A stretch of DNA of 24,000 nucleotides from assembly GCA_049273775.1 (NCBI GenBank), contig JBASRK010000048.1, forward strand, positions 1 through 24,000, written 5' to 3'. This document shows, piece after piece, positions 7,835-17,774 of the stretch; position 1 is the first letter of the stretch, and each line of letters begins with the position of its first letter. Source of the DNA: Candidatus Acidiferrales bacterium. Its GTDB lineage: Bacteria; Acidobacteriota; Terriglobia; Acidiferrales; UBA7541. The position numbers and the translations under genes are program-made. The notes beneath the pieces were generated by a model, which saw nothing but the letters and a program-made list of their open reading frames with translations, did not search any database and had not been told where the DNA came from.

Positions 7835-8947
7835 ATGGAATTCAGCGTAAAGAAATTTGATCTGCTCGAGGAACTGAGCCTGACGCAGGGCGTGGTGGAG
7901 CGCAAGACCACCATCCCCATCCTGTCGAACTTGCTCTGCGAGGCCAAGGGCAGCCGGCTGACGATTACGGCCACCGACCTCGAGCTGAGCATCCGCACAT
8001 CTTGCGAAGCCAAGGTCAAGAAAGACGGCGCCGCCACGATCCCGGCTAAAAAACTGCTCGAGCTGGTGCGGCTGCTGCCGGACGAGGAGATCCGCTTCAA
8101 GCTGCTCGAAAACCACTGGGTCCACATCGTCTGCGACCGCAAGGCTTACAAGATGGTGGGCATGGCGAAGGATAACTTCCCTGCCATCCCGGTGTTTCCC
8201 CACCCCTTGGTGAAGATTCCGGCGAAGCTGCTGAGCTCGCTGATCACTAAGACGGCGTTTGCCATCTCCATGGAGGAGTCGCGCTATACGCTGAATGGCG
8301 GCTTGCTGATCCTGAAACCCGAGACGCTTGCGATGGTAGCCACTGACGGCCACCGCCTGGCCGTGGCCGAAACCGACCACAAGTTCGCAGGGCTCAATAG
8401 CGAAGTGCGCCTGCTCGTGCCCAAGAAGGCCATGGTGGAGGTCCAGCGGCTTGCGGCCGAAGCTGGCGATGACGGCCAGATCGAATTTGCCCGCGACGAT
8501 AATCACCTCTTCTTCCAGGTGGGGCCGCGGCTGCTGATTTCACGCATGCTCACCGGGCAGTTCCCCAACTACGAGGCCGTGCTGCCGCGGGAGAACAACA
8601 AAGCCGTCGTTCTGGAACGCGGCGAGCTGAACGATGCGCTGCGGCGCGTCTCGCAGCTCGCCGACCAGCGCTCGCACGCGGTAAAGTTCGCGCTCGCCAA
8701 GGAGGGCCTCGAGCTTTCCTCCTCCAGCGCCGAATACGGCGAGGCCAAGGAATCAATCGAGAAGGAATACAAGGGCGACCCGCTCTCCATCGGCTTCAAT
8801 TCGCAGTACCTGCTCGATTTTCTCGCCGCGGCGTCCGAGGGCCCCATCAGCATCGAGTTCAAGGACGAGCAGTCGGCCGGGCAGATGCGCCCGCTGGCCG
8901 ACGAGCAGTACCGCTATCGATATGTGATCATGCCGATGCGGATCTGA
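7835..8947 (+). CDS. dnaN: DNA polymerase III beta sliding clamp
   Basis: 370 aa ORF. It contains PILSNLL, ATDLELS, ATDGHRLA and a C-terminal YVIMPMRI. It sits directly downstream of dnaA. Confidence 0.97.
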   Translation: MEFSVKKFDLLEELSLTQGVVERKTTIPILSNLLCEAKGSRLTITATDLELSIRTSCEAKVKKDGAATIPAKKLLELVRLLPDEEIRFKLLENHWVHIVCDRKAYKMVGMAKDNFPAIPVFPHPLVKIPAKLLSSLITKTAFAISMEESRYTLNGGLLILKPETLAMVATDGHRLAVAETDHKFAGLNSEVRLLVPKKAMVEVQRLAAEAGDDGQIEFARDDNHLFFQVGPRLLISRMLTGQFPNYEAVLPRENNKAVVLERGELNDALRRVSQLADQRSHAVKFALAKEGLELSSSSAEYGEAKESIEKEYKGDPLSIGFNSQYLLDFLAAASEGPISIEFKDEQSAGQMRPLADEQYRYRYVIMPMRI

Positions 8948-9040
8948 CGGTCCCGCGACCTTGCCCCGACCCCGTCGAGGGGTCATCCTGCCCATGCGCA
9001 TTTAGCCGCAGCGCCCCGGCCCAAGACCGGCGCTCCCTGG

Positions 9041-9130
9041 AACAAATTCGTGACTGTGTAGGTGCATATAGCTATAAAGCTCTACGCCGATTTTATCTAG
9101 AAGCTATAGTAAGAATTCCATCTTTCAAGT
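9041..9130. other. AT-rich island with dyad symmetry inside the dnaN-gyrB gap (candidate DUE or strong promoter/operator)
   Basis: A hand count gives about 32 G+C in 90 nt, against clearly GC-rich surroundings. It contains:
- the palindrome TATAGCTATA at 9067-9076;
- AGCTATA repeated at 9070-9076 and 9102-9108;
- an imperfect inverted repeat, AGCTCTA at 9078-9084 versus TCTAGAAGCT at 9096-9105;
- a possible promoter GTGACT (9050-9055)-N17-TATAAA (9073-9078). Confidence 0.45.
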
Positions 9131-9547
9131 GCCCCGGCGCGACGGTGCTTTGGCTCGCAGCTAACTCCCCTAACCCATTGAAAAACCCGCTGTTATTTGC
9201 ACACAAAGGCGGCGAAATTGCCTTGAGGAACAGGCGGAAATCCGGTAGGATTTATCCTGTCAGGTGGAGTAGCGGTTTCCTCCAGAACGGCACGTCGGCC
9301 AGGCTCGCAGACGCCCAGAAAGGCTTGCTTGCCCTGATGGAAGAGGGGCTGGCGCCAGCGCCCCGATACCGGGCAGGGCAGGCGAGGAGTTCGAGCCTGG
9401 AAGAAAGCAGTCTTCGCCGCGTCCGCCCGTGGCGGACGGGATGGAGCAGAAACCCTTCGAGTTCCGGACAAAGCCCGGTCCCGAAAGATTCGGGGATGCG
9501 GGACACCGGAGCCACAGGGTAAGGCGAGTGTCGGCCCTTTCCGTTGA

Positions 9548-12016
<2,469 letters not shown>

Positions 12017-12031
12017 CGCGGCGTGAGGCGG

Positions 12032-12283
12032 ATGATCTACCAACTGAGCTGGAAGATCCTGCCTGGGCTGCGGGGACTTTCCTGTTCGGAGTTTCTGGCC
12101 ACTGCCACCGACGCACCGGACAACGAACAGGGCGTGGCGCTGGAGCTGGGCTCCGAGGCGGAGCGCGACGCGCTGCTGCGGCACCTGGAGGAGTATTTCG
12201 GCGCGCAGCGGTACTCGAACAACGCCGCAGCATTTGAGGCGGTGAAGGCCTACGTGCTCGAGTGGGCCGTGGCAAGAAAATGA
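12032..12283 (+). CDS. Small acidic hypothetical protein (83 aa) encoded between gyrB and gyrA
   Basis: ORF 12023..12283, with the first ATG at 12032. Third codon positions are overwhelmingly G/C, as in the neighbouring genes. I recognised no family. It begins 16 nt after the gyrB stop and ends 59 nt before the gyrA start. Confidence 0.5.
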   Translation: MIYQLSWKILPGLRGLSCSEFLATATDAPDNEQGVALELGSEAERDALLRHLEEYFGAQRYSNNAAAFEAVKAYVLEWAVARK

Positions 12284-12289
12284 CACCGC

Positions 12290-12309
12290 GGGCGCAGCAT
12301 GCTGCGCCC
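12290..12309 (+). other. Perfect 20 bp palindrome (hairpin) between the small ORF and gyrA
   Basis: GGGCGCAGCATGCTGCGCCC is self-complementary across all 20 nt. No U-run follows, so it is not a canonical intrinsic terminator. Confidence 0.35.
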
Positions 12310-12342
12310 CTACACCTGACGGCTGAACGCTGAGAGGAGCGG

Positions 12343-14889
12343 ATGGCGGACGAGACAACGCAATCGTTGCTGGTGCCGGTGGATATCGAAGCCGAGATGC
12401 GCAAGTCGTATCTCGACTATGCCATGAGCGTGATCATCGGGCGCGCGCTGCCCGATGTGCGCGACGGCCTCAAGCCCGTGCACCGCCGCATCCTCTACGG
12501 GATGTACGAGCTGGGGCTGACCTCCACCAAGCCTTACCGCAAGTGCGCCAAGATCGTCGGCGAAGTCCTCGGCAAGTTCCACCCGCACGGCGACGTGCCC
12601 GTGTACGACGCCCTGGTGCGCCTGGCGCAGAGCTTCAACATGCGCTACCCGCTGGTGGACGGCCAGGGCAATTTCGGCTCGGTGGATGGCGACCCGCCCG
12701 CGGCCATGCGGTATACCGAAGCGCGCCTGGCGAAAATCGCCGAGGAAGTGCTTGCCGACATCGAAAAGGAAACCGTCGATTTCCTTCCCAATTTCGACGA
12801 GACCACGCAAGAACCGACGGTCCTGCCGACGAAGATTCCGAACCTGCTGGTGAACGGCGCCTCCGGCATCGCCGTCGGCATGGCCACCAACATCCCCCCG
12901 CACAACCTGCGTGAAGTGATCGACGCCACCGTGCTGCTGATCGAAAAGCCCGACACCTCGCTCAAGGAAATGATGAAGCACGTCCCCGGGCCGGACTTCC
13001 CCACCGGCGGTTATATCTCCGGCCGTGAGGGCATCGAGCAGGCCTACAAGACAGGCCGCGGCAGCTTCCAGATGCGCGCCAAGGCGGCCATCGAGCAGGC
13101 AGGCAAGGACCGCGAGAACATCGTCATCACTGAGATCCCCTACCAGGTGAACAAGGCCAGGCTGATCGAGCGCATCGCCGAGCTGGTGCAGACCAAGAAG
13201 CTCGAGGGCATTGCCGATGTCCGCGACGAATCCGACCGCGACGGCATGCGCATCGTCATCGAGGTCAAGCGCGGCGAAGAGCCCAAGCTCATCCTGAACA
13301 ACCTCTTCAAGTTCACGCAGATGCAGGAGTCGTTCGGGATGATCCTGCTGGCGATAGTAGGCGGGCAGCCGCGGGAGTCGGGCCTGCTGGCGCTGCTGCG
13401 CCTGTTCATTGAGCACCGCGTCGAAGTCGTGCGCCGGCGCACGGCCTACGAGCTGCGCAAGGCCGAAGAGCGCGAGCACATTCTGCTCGGCTTCAAGAAG
13501 GCGCTCGAGTACCTCGACGAGGTGATCAAGCTCATCCGCCGCAGCAAGTCGCCTAAGGAGGCCAAAGAAGGCCTGATCGAGCGGTGGAAGTTCACCGACC
13601 GCCAGGCCCAGGCCATCCTCGACCTGCAGCTCCACCGCCTGACCCAGATGGAGCGCGAAAAGATCCTCGAAGAGCTGAAGGAGATCCAGGCGAAGATCGC
13701 CGAGCTGAAGGAGATCCTGGCGAGCGAAAAGAAACTGAGGGGAGTGATCATCGCCGAGCTGCGTGAGGTGCAGAAGGCGTACGGAGACGAACGGCGCACG
13801 CAGATCGTCGAGCGCGTCGAGGAGATCAAGCTCGAGGACCTGATCGCCGACGTGGACATGGCCATCACCGTCAGCCACGCCGGCTACATCAAGCGCACCC
13901 CGGTGGACGTCTACCGCCATCAGTCCCGCGGCGGCAAGGGACGCATCGGGGCGAAGACCCGCGAGGAGGACTTCGTCGAGCACTTGTTCATCGCCTCGGC
14001 GCACAGCTACATCCTGCTGTTCAGCTCGAAGGGCCGCGTCTATTGGCTGAAGGTGTACGAGATCCCGGAGGCCGCCGCGGCCACTCGCGGCAAAGCCATC
14101 GCCAGCCTAGTGAAGTTCCAGGAAGGGGAAAAGCTCACGGCGGTGGTCTCGGCGCGCAACCTGGAAGAAGCGGGGCGGCACGTTTTCCTCGCCACCCGCA
14201 GCGGCACGGTGAAGAAAACCGAGCTCGCCGAGTTCAGCAACCCGCGCCCGTCGGGCATCATCGCCATCAACCTCGACGCCGACGACGAGCTGATTGGCGC
14301 CAAGCTCACCGACGGCAAGCAGATGATCTTCCTCGCCAGCCACGATGGCCAGGCCATCCTGTTCCGCGAAACCGAGGTGCGGGCGATGGGCCGGCAGGCC
14401 GGCGGGGTGATCGGCATGGACTTGGCTAAGGGCGATTACGTGGTGAGCATGGATGCCGTCCAGCCCGACTTCGAGATCATCCGCAAGGAGCACAAGAAGA
14501 CCACCGAGGACCTGGATGAGCTCGATGGTGACGCCATCCGCGATTCGCTCGCCTCGCTGATGCTGACCGTCGCCGAAAAAGGCTATGGCAAGCGCACGCC
14601 GCTCGCCGAATACCGCATCACTTCCCGTGGGGGCAAGGGCGTCATCAACCTGAAGACGACCGAGCGCAATGGCAAGGTGGTGGCCACCCTCCAGGTGACC
14701 GAAGAGTCCGACGTGATGATCATCACCGAGTACGGCAAGATCATCCGCGTCCACGCCAACGAGATCCGCGAGGCCGGTCGCTCCACCCAGGGCGTGCGCC
14801 TGCTGCGGCTGGAAGCGGACGACTCGGTCGCCGCAGCCGCCGCCATCCTCGAAGACGAAAACGGCGAAAAAGAACCCGCGAAGAACTAA
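12343..14889 (+). CDS. gyrA: DNA gyrase subunit A
   Basis: 848 aa ORF. It contains [27 protein letters not shown], the active-site AAMRYTE, the QRDR-equivalent [17 protein letters not shown], and C-terminal beta-pinwheel repeats with an acidic tail. Confidence 0.97.
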   Translation: MADETTQSLLVPVDIEAEMRKSYLDYAMSVIIGRALPDVRDGLKPVHRRILYGMYELGLTSTKPYRKCAKIVGEVLGKFHPHGDVPVYDALVRLAQSFNMRYPLVDGQGNFGSVDGDPPAAMRYTEARLAKIAEEVLADIEKETVDFLPNFDETTQEPTVLPTKIPNLLVNGASGIAVGMATNIPPHNLREVIDATVLLIEKPDTSLKEMMKHVPGPDFPTGGYISGREGIEQAYKTGRGSFQMRAKAAIEQAGKDRENIVITEIPYQVNKARLIERIAELVQTKKLEGIADVRDESDRDGMRIVIEVKRGEEPKLILNNLFKFTQMQESFGMILLAIVGGQPRESGLLALLRLFIEHRVEVVRRRTAYELRKAEEREHILLGFKKALEYLDEVIKLIRRSKSPKEAKEGLIERWKFTDRQAQAILDLQLHRLTQMEREKILEELKEIQAKIAELKEILASEKKLRGVIIAELREVQKAYGDERRTQIVERVEEIKLEDLIADVDMAITVSHAGYIKRTPVDVYRHQSRGGKGRIGAKTREEDFVEHLFIASAHSYILLFSSKGRVYWLKVYEIPEAAAATRGKAIASLVKFQEGEKLTAVVSARNLEEAGRHVFLATRSGTVKKTELAEFSNPRPSGIIAINLDADDELIGAKLTDGKQMIFLASHDGQAILFRETEVRAMGRQAGGVIGMDLAKGDYVVSMDAVQPDFEIIRKEHKKTTEDLDELDGDAIRDSLASLMLTVAEKGYGKRTPLAEYRITSRGGKGVINLKTTERNGKVVATLQVTEESDVMIITEYGKIIRVHANEIREAGRSTQGVRLLRLEADDSVAAAAAILEDENGEKEPAKN

Positions 14890-15013
14890 TCCGGATTTAA
14901 GCACAGACCTTCGCGCTGAGTTGCCGTTTGTATCCTGGATCGAAGCAAGTCGGCCTTCCACCAGCGGAAATGATTCGCCGGGCAGTGCTGGAAGCCCGGC
15001 AAGGGAACAGGCC

Positions 15014-15352
15014 ATGAAACAGGGGACGGGCGTCTCGGCCTCATTGGCGGCGATCGTGAGTTCCGTCGCGACGATCAGCTGTTGCCTTCCGCTCGGATTT
15101 GCCGCTGCTCTGGGAGCCGGCGCCGCGAGCGCTTTTTTCACGACGCTGCGGCCCTGGCTCTTGGGCCTCTCGGTTGTGCTCCTTGGCCTCGGATTCTGGC
15201 AGCAGGATCGCGCGAAACAGTGCGCAGTCCGAGGCAGATTGCTTGGCAATGTTCTGCTGTGGGCCGCAGTTGTTGTGGTCTTGGGGATGATTTTATTTCC
15301 TCAGCAAATTGCTGGATTCATTGCTGATCGGTTCTACGAGACTGGAAAATGA
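15014..15352 (+). CDS. MerT-like small membrane protein with vicinal Cys-Cys in TM1
   Basis: The likely start is ATG 15014, with AAGGGAA 7 nt upstream; the ORF-track TTG at 14921 is less plausible. The 112 aa protein has three predicted TM helices. TM1 reads VATISCCLPLGFAAALG, compared with the MerT ASTCCLGPLVLVALG type. One further Cys (AKQCAV) lies between TM2 and TM3. Its stop overlaps the next ATG (ATGA at 15349-15352). Confidence 0.6.
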   Translation: MKQGTGVSASLAAIVSSVATISCCLPLGFAAALGAGAASAFFTTLRPWLLGLSVVLLGLGFWQQDRAKQCAVRGRLLGNVLLWAAVVVVLGMILFPQQIAGFIADRFYETGK

Positions 15353-15942
15353 AGAAGAGAGCGGCAGTTCTCAGCGTGATAGCGATTCTTCTGCTTCTCG
15401 TCGCGGTTTATCTGTGGGGTCCTTCGTCAGCGCCGACGGGCCAAGAACCTCTCGTTACCCTATCGAATGCAAATTTCGGCGATTTCGAGAATGCCTTTGA
15501 CGCTGACTCCGATGCTCCGCGACTGGTGCTTCTCCTTTCTCCCACGTGACCGGGCTGTCTGCGGGGGGCCTCCGCAGCTCAGCAACTCTTGGCTCGGCAT
15601 GCGGAGCGAAAGGTGCGCGTGTTGGTTGTTTGGGAGCCGATTCTGGCGACCGACTGGCGGTCGCCAAGCGGCAGTACGATGGCACGAATTCCCGACAGGC
15701 GGGTTCGACAGTTCTGGGATCCGAAGCACGTCGTAGCAGGTGCGTTGAATGAAATTGCAAAGCAAAAACCCCCGCAGCCCGGGCCGCGCTGCTGTATGCA
15801 GAAAGGATTCTACTGGGATGAAGCCATTCTTTACGCACCGCACGCCCACTGGAAGGATGAGCCGAATGCAACGTTTTGGAACGGTCCAGTTGCGCGAATT
15901 ATCTCCGGGCTCGAGAAGACCCTCAACGACCAGCATTGGTAG
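15349..15942 (+). CDS. Membrane-anchored thioredoxin-fold protein with in-frame TGA (predicted selenocysteine, U-P-G-C motif); alternatively a nonsense pseudogene
   Basis: ORF-track fragments 15349..15549 and 15589..15942 share one frame and are separated by a single TGA at 15547-15549. Read-through gives ...PRLVLLLSPT-U-PGCLRGASAAQQLLARHAERKVRVLVVWEPIL.... The N-terminus MKKRAAVLSVIAILLLLVAVYLW is a signal anchor. A SECIS-like hairpin follows immediately downstream. Confidence 0.6.
15554..15583 (+). promoter_or_regulatory. SECIS-like stem-loop starting 5 nt after the in-frame TGA
   Basis: The upper stem CTGCGG (15559-15564) pairs with CCGCAG (15572-15577) around a G-rich apical loop GGGGCCT. 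The lower stem GCTG (15554-15557) pairs with CAGC (15580-15583) across a small internal loop. The apical loop lies 16-22 nt after the TGA. Confidence 0.5.
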
Positions 15943-15977
15943 ATAACCGCAGGGCCAAGCGTGATGGGGAGGGGGAG

Positions 15978-16343
15978 ATGGCGAACCAACTGAGCTACGT
16001 CATCAAGTTTGTGGCGAACATGGACCGCGCCGTCAGTTTCTACCGCGATACGCTGGGCCTGGCACTCAAGTTCCAGTCGCCGGGCTGGAGCGAATTCCTT
16101 ACCGGCGAGACCACCCTGGCCCTGCATGCTGCCGACGCCGATCACCCGGCCGGCGCGGTGCGCCTGGGACTGCGCGTGCCGGACCTGCAAGCGTTCTACC
16201 AGGAGATGACCGCGAAGGGCGTCCAGTTCACCCTGCCGCCCACAATGCAGTTCGGCGTCCTGCTGGCCGAGTTTGTGGACTCGGAGGGCGCCGAGGTTAG
16301 CGTCAGCGGCGCACAGGCGCAAGGCTCCTGGCCGGGAAAATAA
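15978..16343 (+). CDS. VOC (glyoxalase/bleomycin-resistance/dioxygenase fold) family protein
   Basis: ATG 15978 has GGGGAGG 5 nt upstream. The 121 aa product starts MANQLSYVIKFVANMDRAVSFYRDTLGLAL, a typical VOC beta-alpha-beta-beta-beta start. It is a single-domain protein. Confidence 0.85.
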   Translation: MANQLSYVIKFVANMDRAVSFYRDTLGLALKFQSPGWSEFLTGETTLALHAADADHPAGAVRLGLRVPDLQAFYQEMTAKGVQFTLPPTMQFGVLLAEFVDSEGAEVSVSGAQAQGSWPGK

Positions 16344-16395
16344 TTGCAACGAAGAGGGCTCGTGTAGCGCCCACCCTTGGCTGGGCAAGCACCCT

Positions 16396-16413
16396 GCCGG
16401 GCCCAAGCCCGGC
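16396..16413. terminator. GC hairpin between the convergent VOC and VWFA genes
   Basis: GCCGGGC (16396-16402) pairs with GCCCGGC (16407-16413) around the loop CCAA. An alternative longer-range pairing joins TGTAGCGCC (16363-16371) with GGCGCTACA (16411-16419). Only a weak T-tract follows (CATTTCCC). Confidence 0.4.
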
Positions 16414-16431
16414 GCTACATTTCCCGATGCG

Positions 16432-17562
16432 TTAGCCCTCCGGCGGGGCGAGGTAGTAGCCGGGCCGCGAACGCACCTTCACGCCGCGGCGTGCCACCTG
16501 AACTTTGATCTCGTGGTAGCCGATCGGGTCGGTGCCGCTCGGCCGGTAGCTGAGCAAATACTGCGCGTGCAGCTCCCCGCCGATCTGGTCAATGGCCTTC
16601 TCAATCGAGCGGTCGCGGAAGGTGGCGAGATGCATCCCGCCGGTGGCGGTCGTGGCGACCTCGAGCGCATGGTCGTGCACCGCGTAGGTGACGTGTTGCA
16701 CGATCCACACCGCCAGCGCCATCAGGTCGATGTTCCCGTAGCGCTGCTGCTCGCTTGTGGGCGTCTGCGGCGTGCCCGGCATGGGCGGAAGCGGAAACGT
16801 CCCCGGCGGGGAGATTTGCGGCGGGCCGGCCTGCTTGGGCGGCGCGCGGAGCTCGGCGGCGGTGGTGGATAGGCCCACGGTGTAGATGGTGATGTTCGAG
16901 AGTTGCGCCTCGCGCAGCACCTGGCCGAGCTTGCTCTCGCTGCCGGTGTCGGCGGCCTCCGACAGAGTGACGATCACCCGCCGGCGAGACGCCGGGCGGC
17001 TGCGCAGCAGGCCCACGGCTTCTGAAAGCGCGTCGTAGAGGCGGGCGCCGGAGGTGCCCATGCGCAGCGTGGCCACCGTTTTCTCGATCTTGTCGGCGTC
17101 GCTTGAAAACGGCAGCAACTGGTCCACGGTGTCGTTATAGCCCAGGACCGCGGCTTCGCCGGTCGGCCCGAGCACGGTCTGGGTGAACACGATGCCGGTC
17201 TTGCGCATCGCGGGCAGCAGGGCTTCGATGCGCGAGCTGGTCTCGAGCACCATCACCACCGAGAGCGGGTCGCCGCCGAGGTCGAAGTGCTCGATGCGCT
17301 GCTCCACGCCGTTGTCGAAGATGCGGAAGTCGCCCTGACCGAGGTCCAGTACAAGCTCGCCGGAGGAGTCAGTCACTGTCACCGGCGCGTTGACCAGATC
17401 CACCTTGACGCGGATCTCCGGCTTTACCTTTGGCTGCTGGGCCGGCACGCCCGGCTTTGGCGGCAGTGGCCCTGGCGGGGCCTGCGCCCGCGCCGATGCC
17501 GCGAGCCAGGCTGCCAGTAGCGCCGCCAGCAACGCGCCGATGGGTTTTTCTCTGCGCTTCAT
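16432..17562 (-). CDS. Secreted VWFA-domain protein of the acidobacterial VWFA-related type (TIGR03436-like)
   Basis: The likely start is ATG 17562, giving MKRREKPIGALLAALLAAWLAASARAQ (a signal peptide); the ORF track extends to 17643. IRVKVDLVNAPVTVTDSSGELVLDLGQGDFRIFDNGVEQRIEHFD is the N-terminal signature of that family, and a VWA-like core follows. Confidence 0.85.
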   Translation of the reverse strand: MKRREKPIGALLAALLAAWLAASARAQAPPGPLPPKPGVPAQQPKVKPEIRVKVDLVNAPVTVTDSSGELVLDLGQGDFRIFDNGVEQRIEHFDLGGDPLSVVMVLETSSRIEALLPAMRKTGIVFTQTVLGPTGEAAVLGYNDTVDQLLPFSSDADKIEKTVATLRMGTSGARLYDALSEAVGLLRSRPASRRRVIVTLSEAADTGSESKLGQVLREAQLSNITIYTVGLSTTAAELRAPPKQAGPPQISPPGTFPLPPMPGTPQTPTSEQQRYGNIDLMALAVWIVQHVTYAVHDHALEVATTATGGMHLATFRDRSIEKAIDQIGGELHAQYLLSYRPSGTDPIGYHEIKVQVARRGVKVRSRPGYYLAPPEG

Positions 17563-17774
17563 CGCTTCTAGTGTACTTGATTCGACGCAGGATTTGCCCC
17601 TGGCGTTGGTTTGCCCTGAAGGAAATCGAAGGGCTCGGCGCATGGGATGTGCTCCTTCAGAATGATGCGCGACGCTTGGTTCGAGTGTTGGCGGGGGAAT
17701 TCATTACGGGAGGCTGCCCGGCGCCTTCTGCGGGTAGAATGGCGCTGCGCACAACGATTGACCGGGGAGATACC

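Noticed and set aside
8968-8984. GACCCC-GTCGA-GGGGTC hairpin after dnaN, considered as an intrinsic terminator
   Set aside because: The stem is only 6 bp and no U-run follows. It may still pause or terminate transcription, but the evidence is too weak to list it as a feature.
9396-9410. CCUGGAAGAAAGCAG, which resembles the SRP RNA domain IV motif (CCGGAAGGAAGCAG)
   Set aside because: The flanks cannot form the GNAR-tetraloop helix or the symmetric/asymmetric loops of SRP RNA helix 8. The resemblance is only linear.
9145-9522. 125 aa + strand ORF in the dnaN-gyrB gap, considered as a recF or DUF721/DciA replacement
   Set aside because: It has a GTG start with no SD. Its heavy use of AGG/AGA/AGT codons is unlike neighbouring genes. 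It shows no resemblance to RecF (no Walker A) or DciA-type proteins.
14107-15249. 380 aa minus-strand ORF overlapping the gyrA 3' end and the MerT-like gene
   Set aside because: It overlaps two better-supported + strand genes and has no motifs. It is a shadow ORF.
15349-15549. Treating 15349..15549 (66 aa) and 15589..15942 (117 aa) as two separate small genes
   Set aside because: They share one frame with a single TGA between them. The first would stop one codon before a thioredoxin active-site motif, and the second has no SD and begins mid-helix. Read-through (Sec) or a nonsense pseudogene explains the data better. The pseudogene alternative is kept open in the findings.
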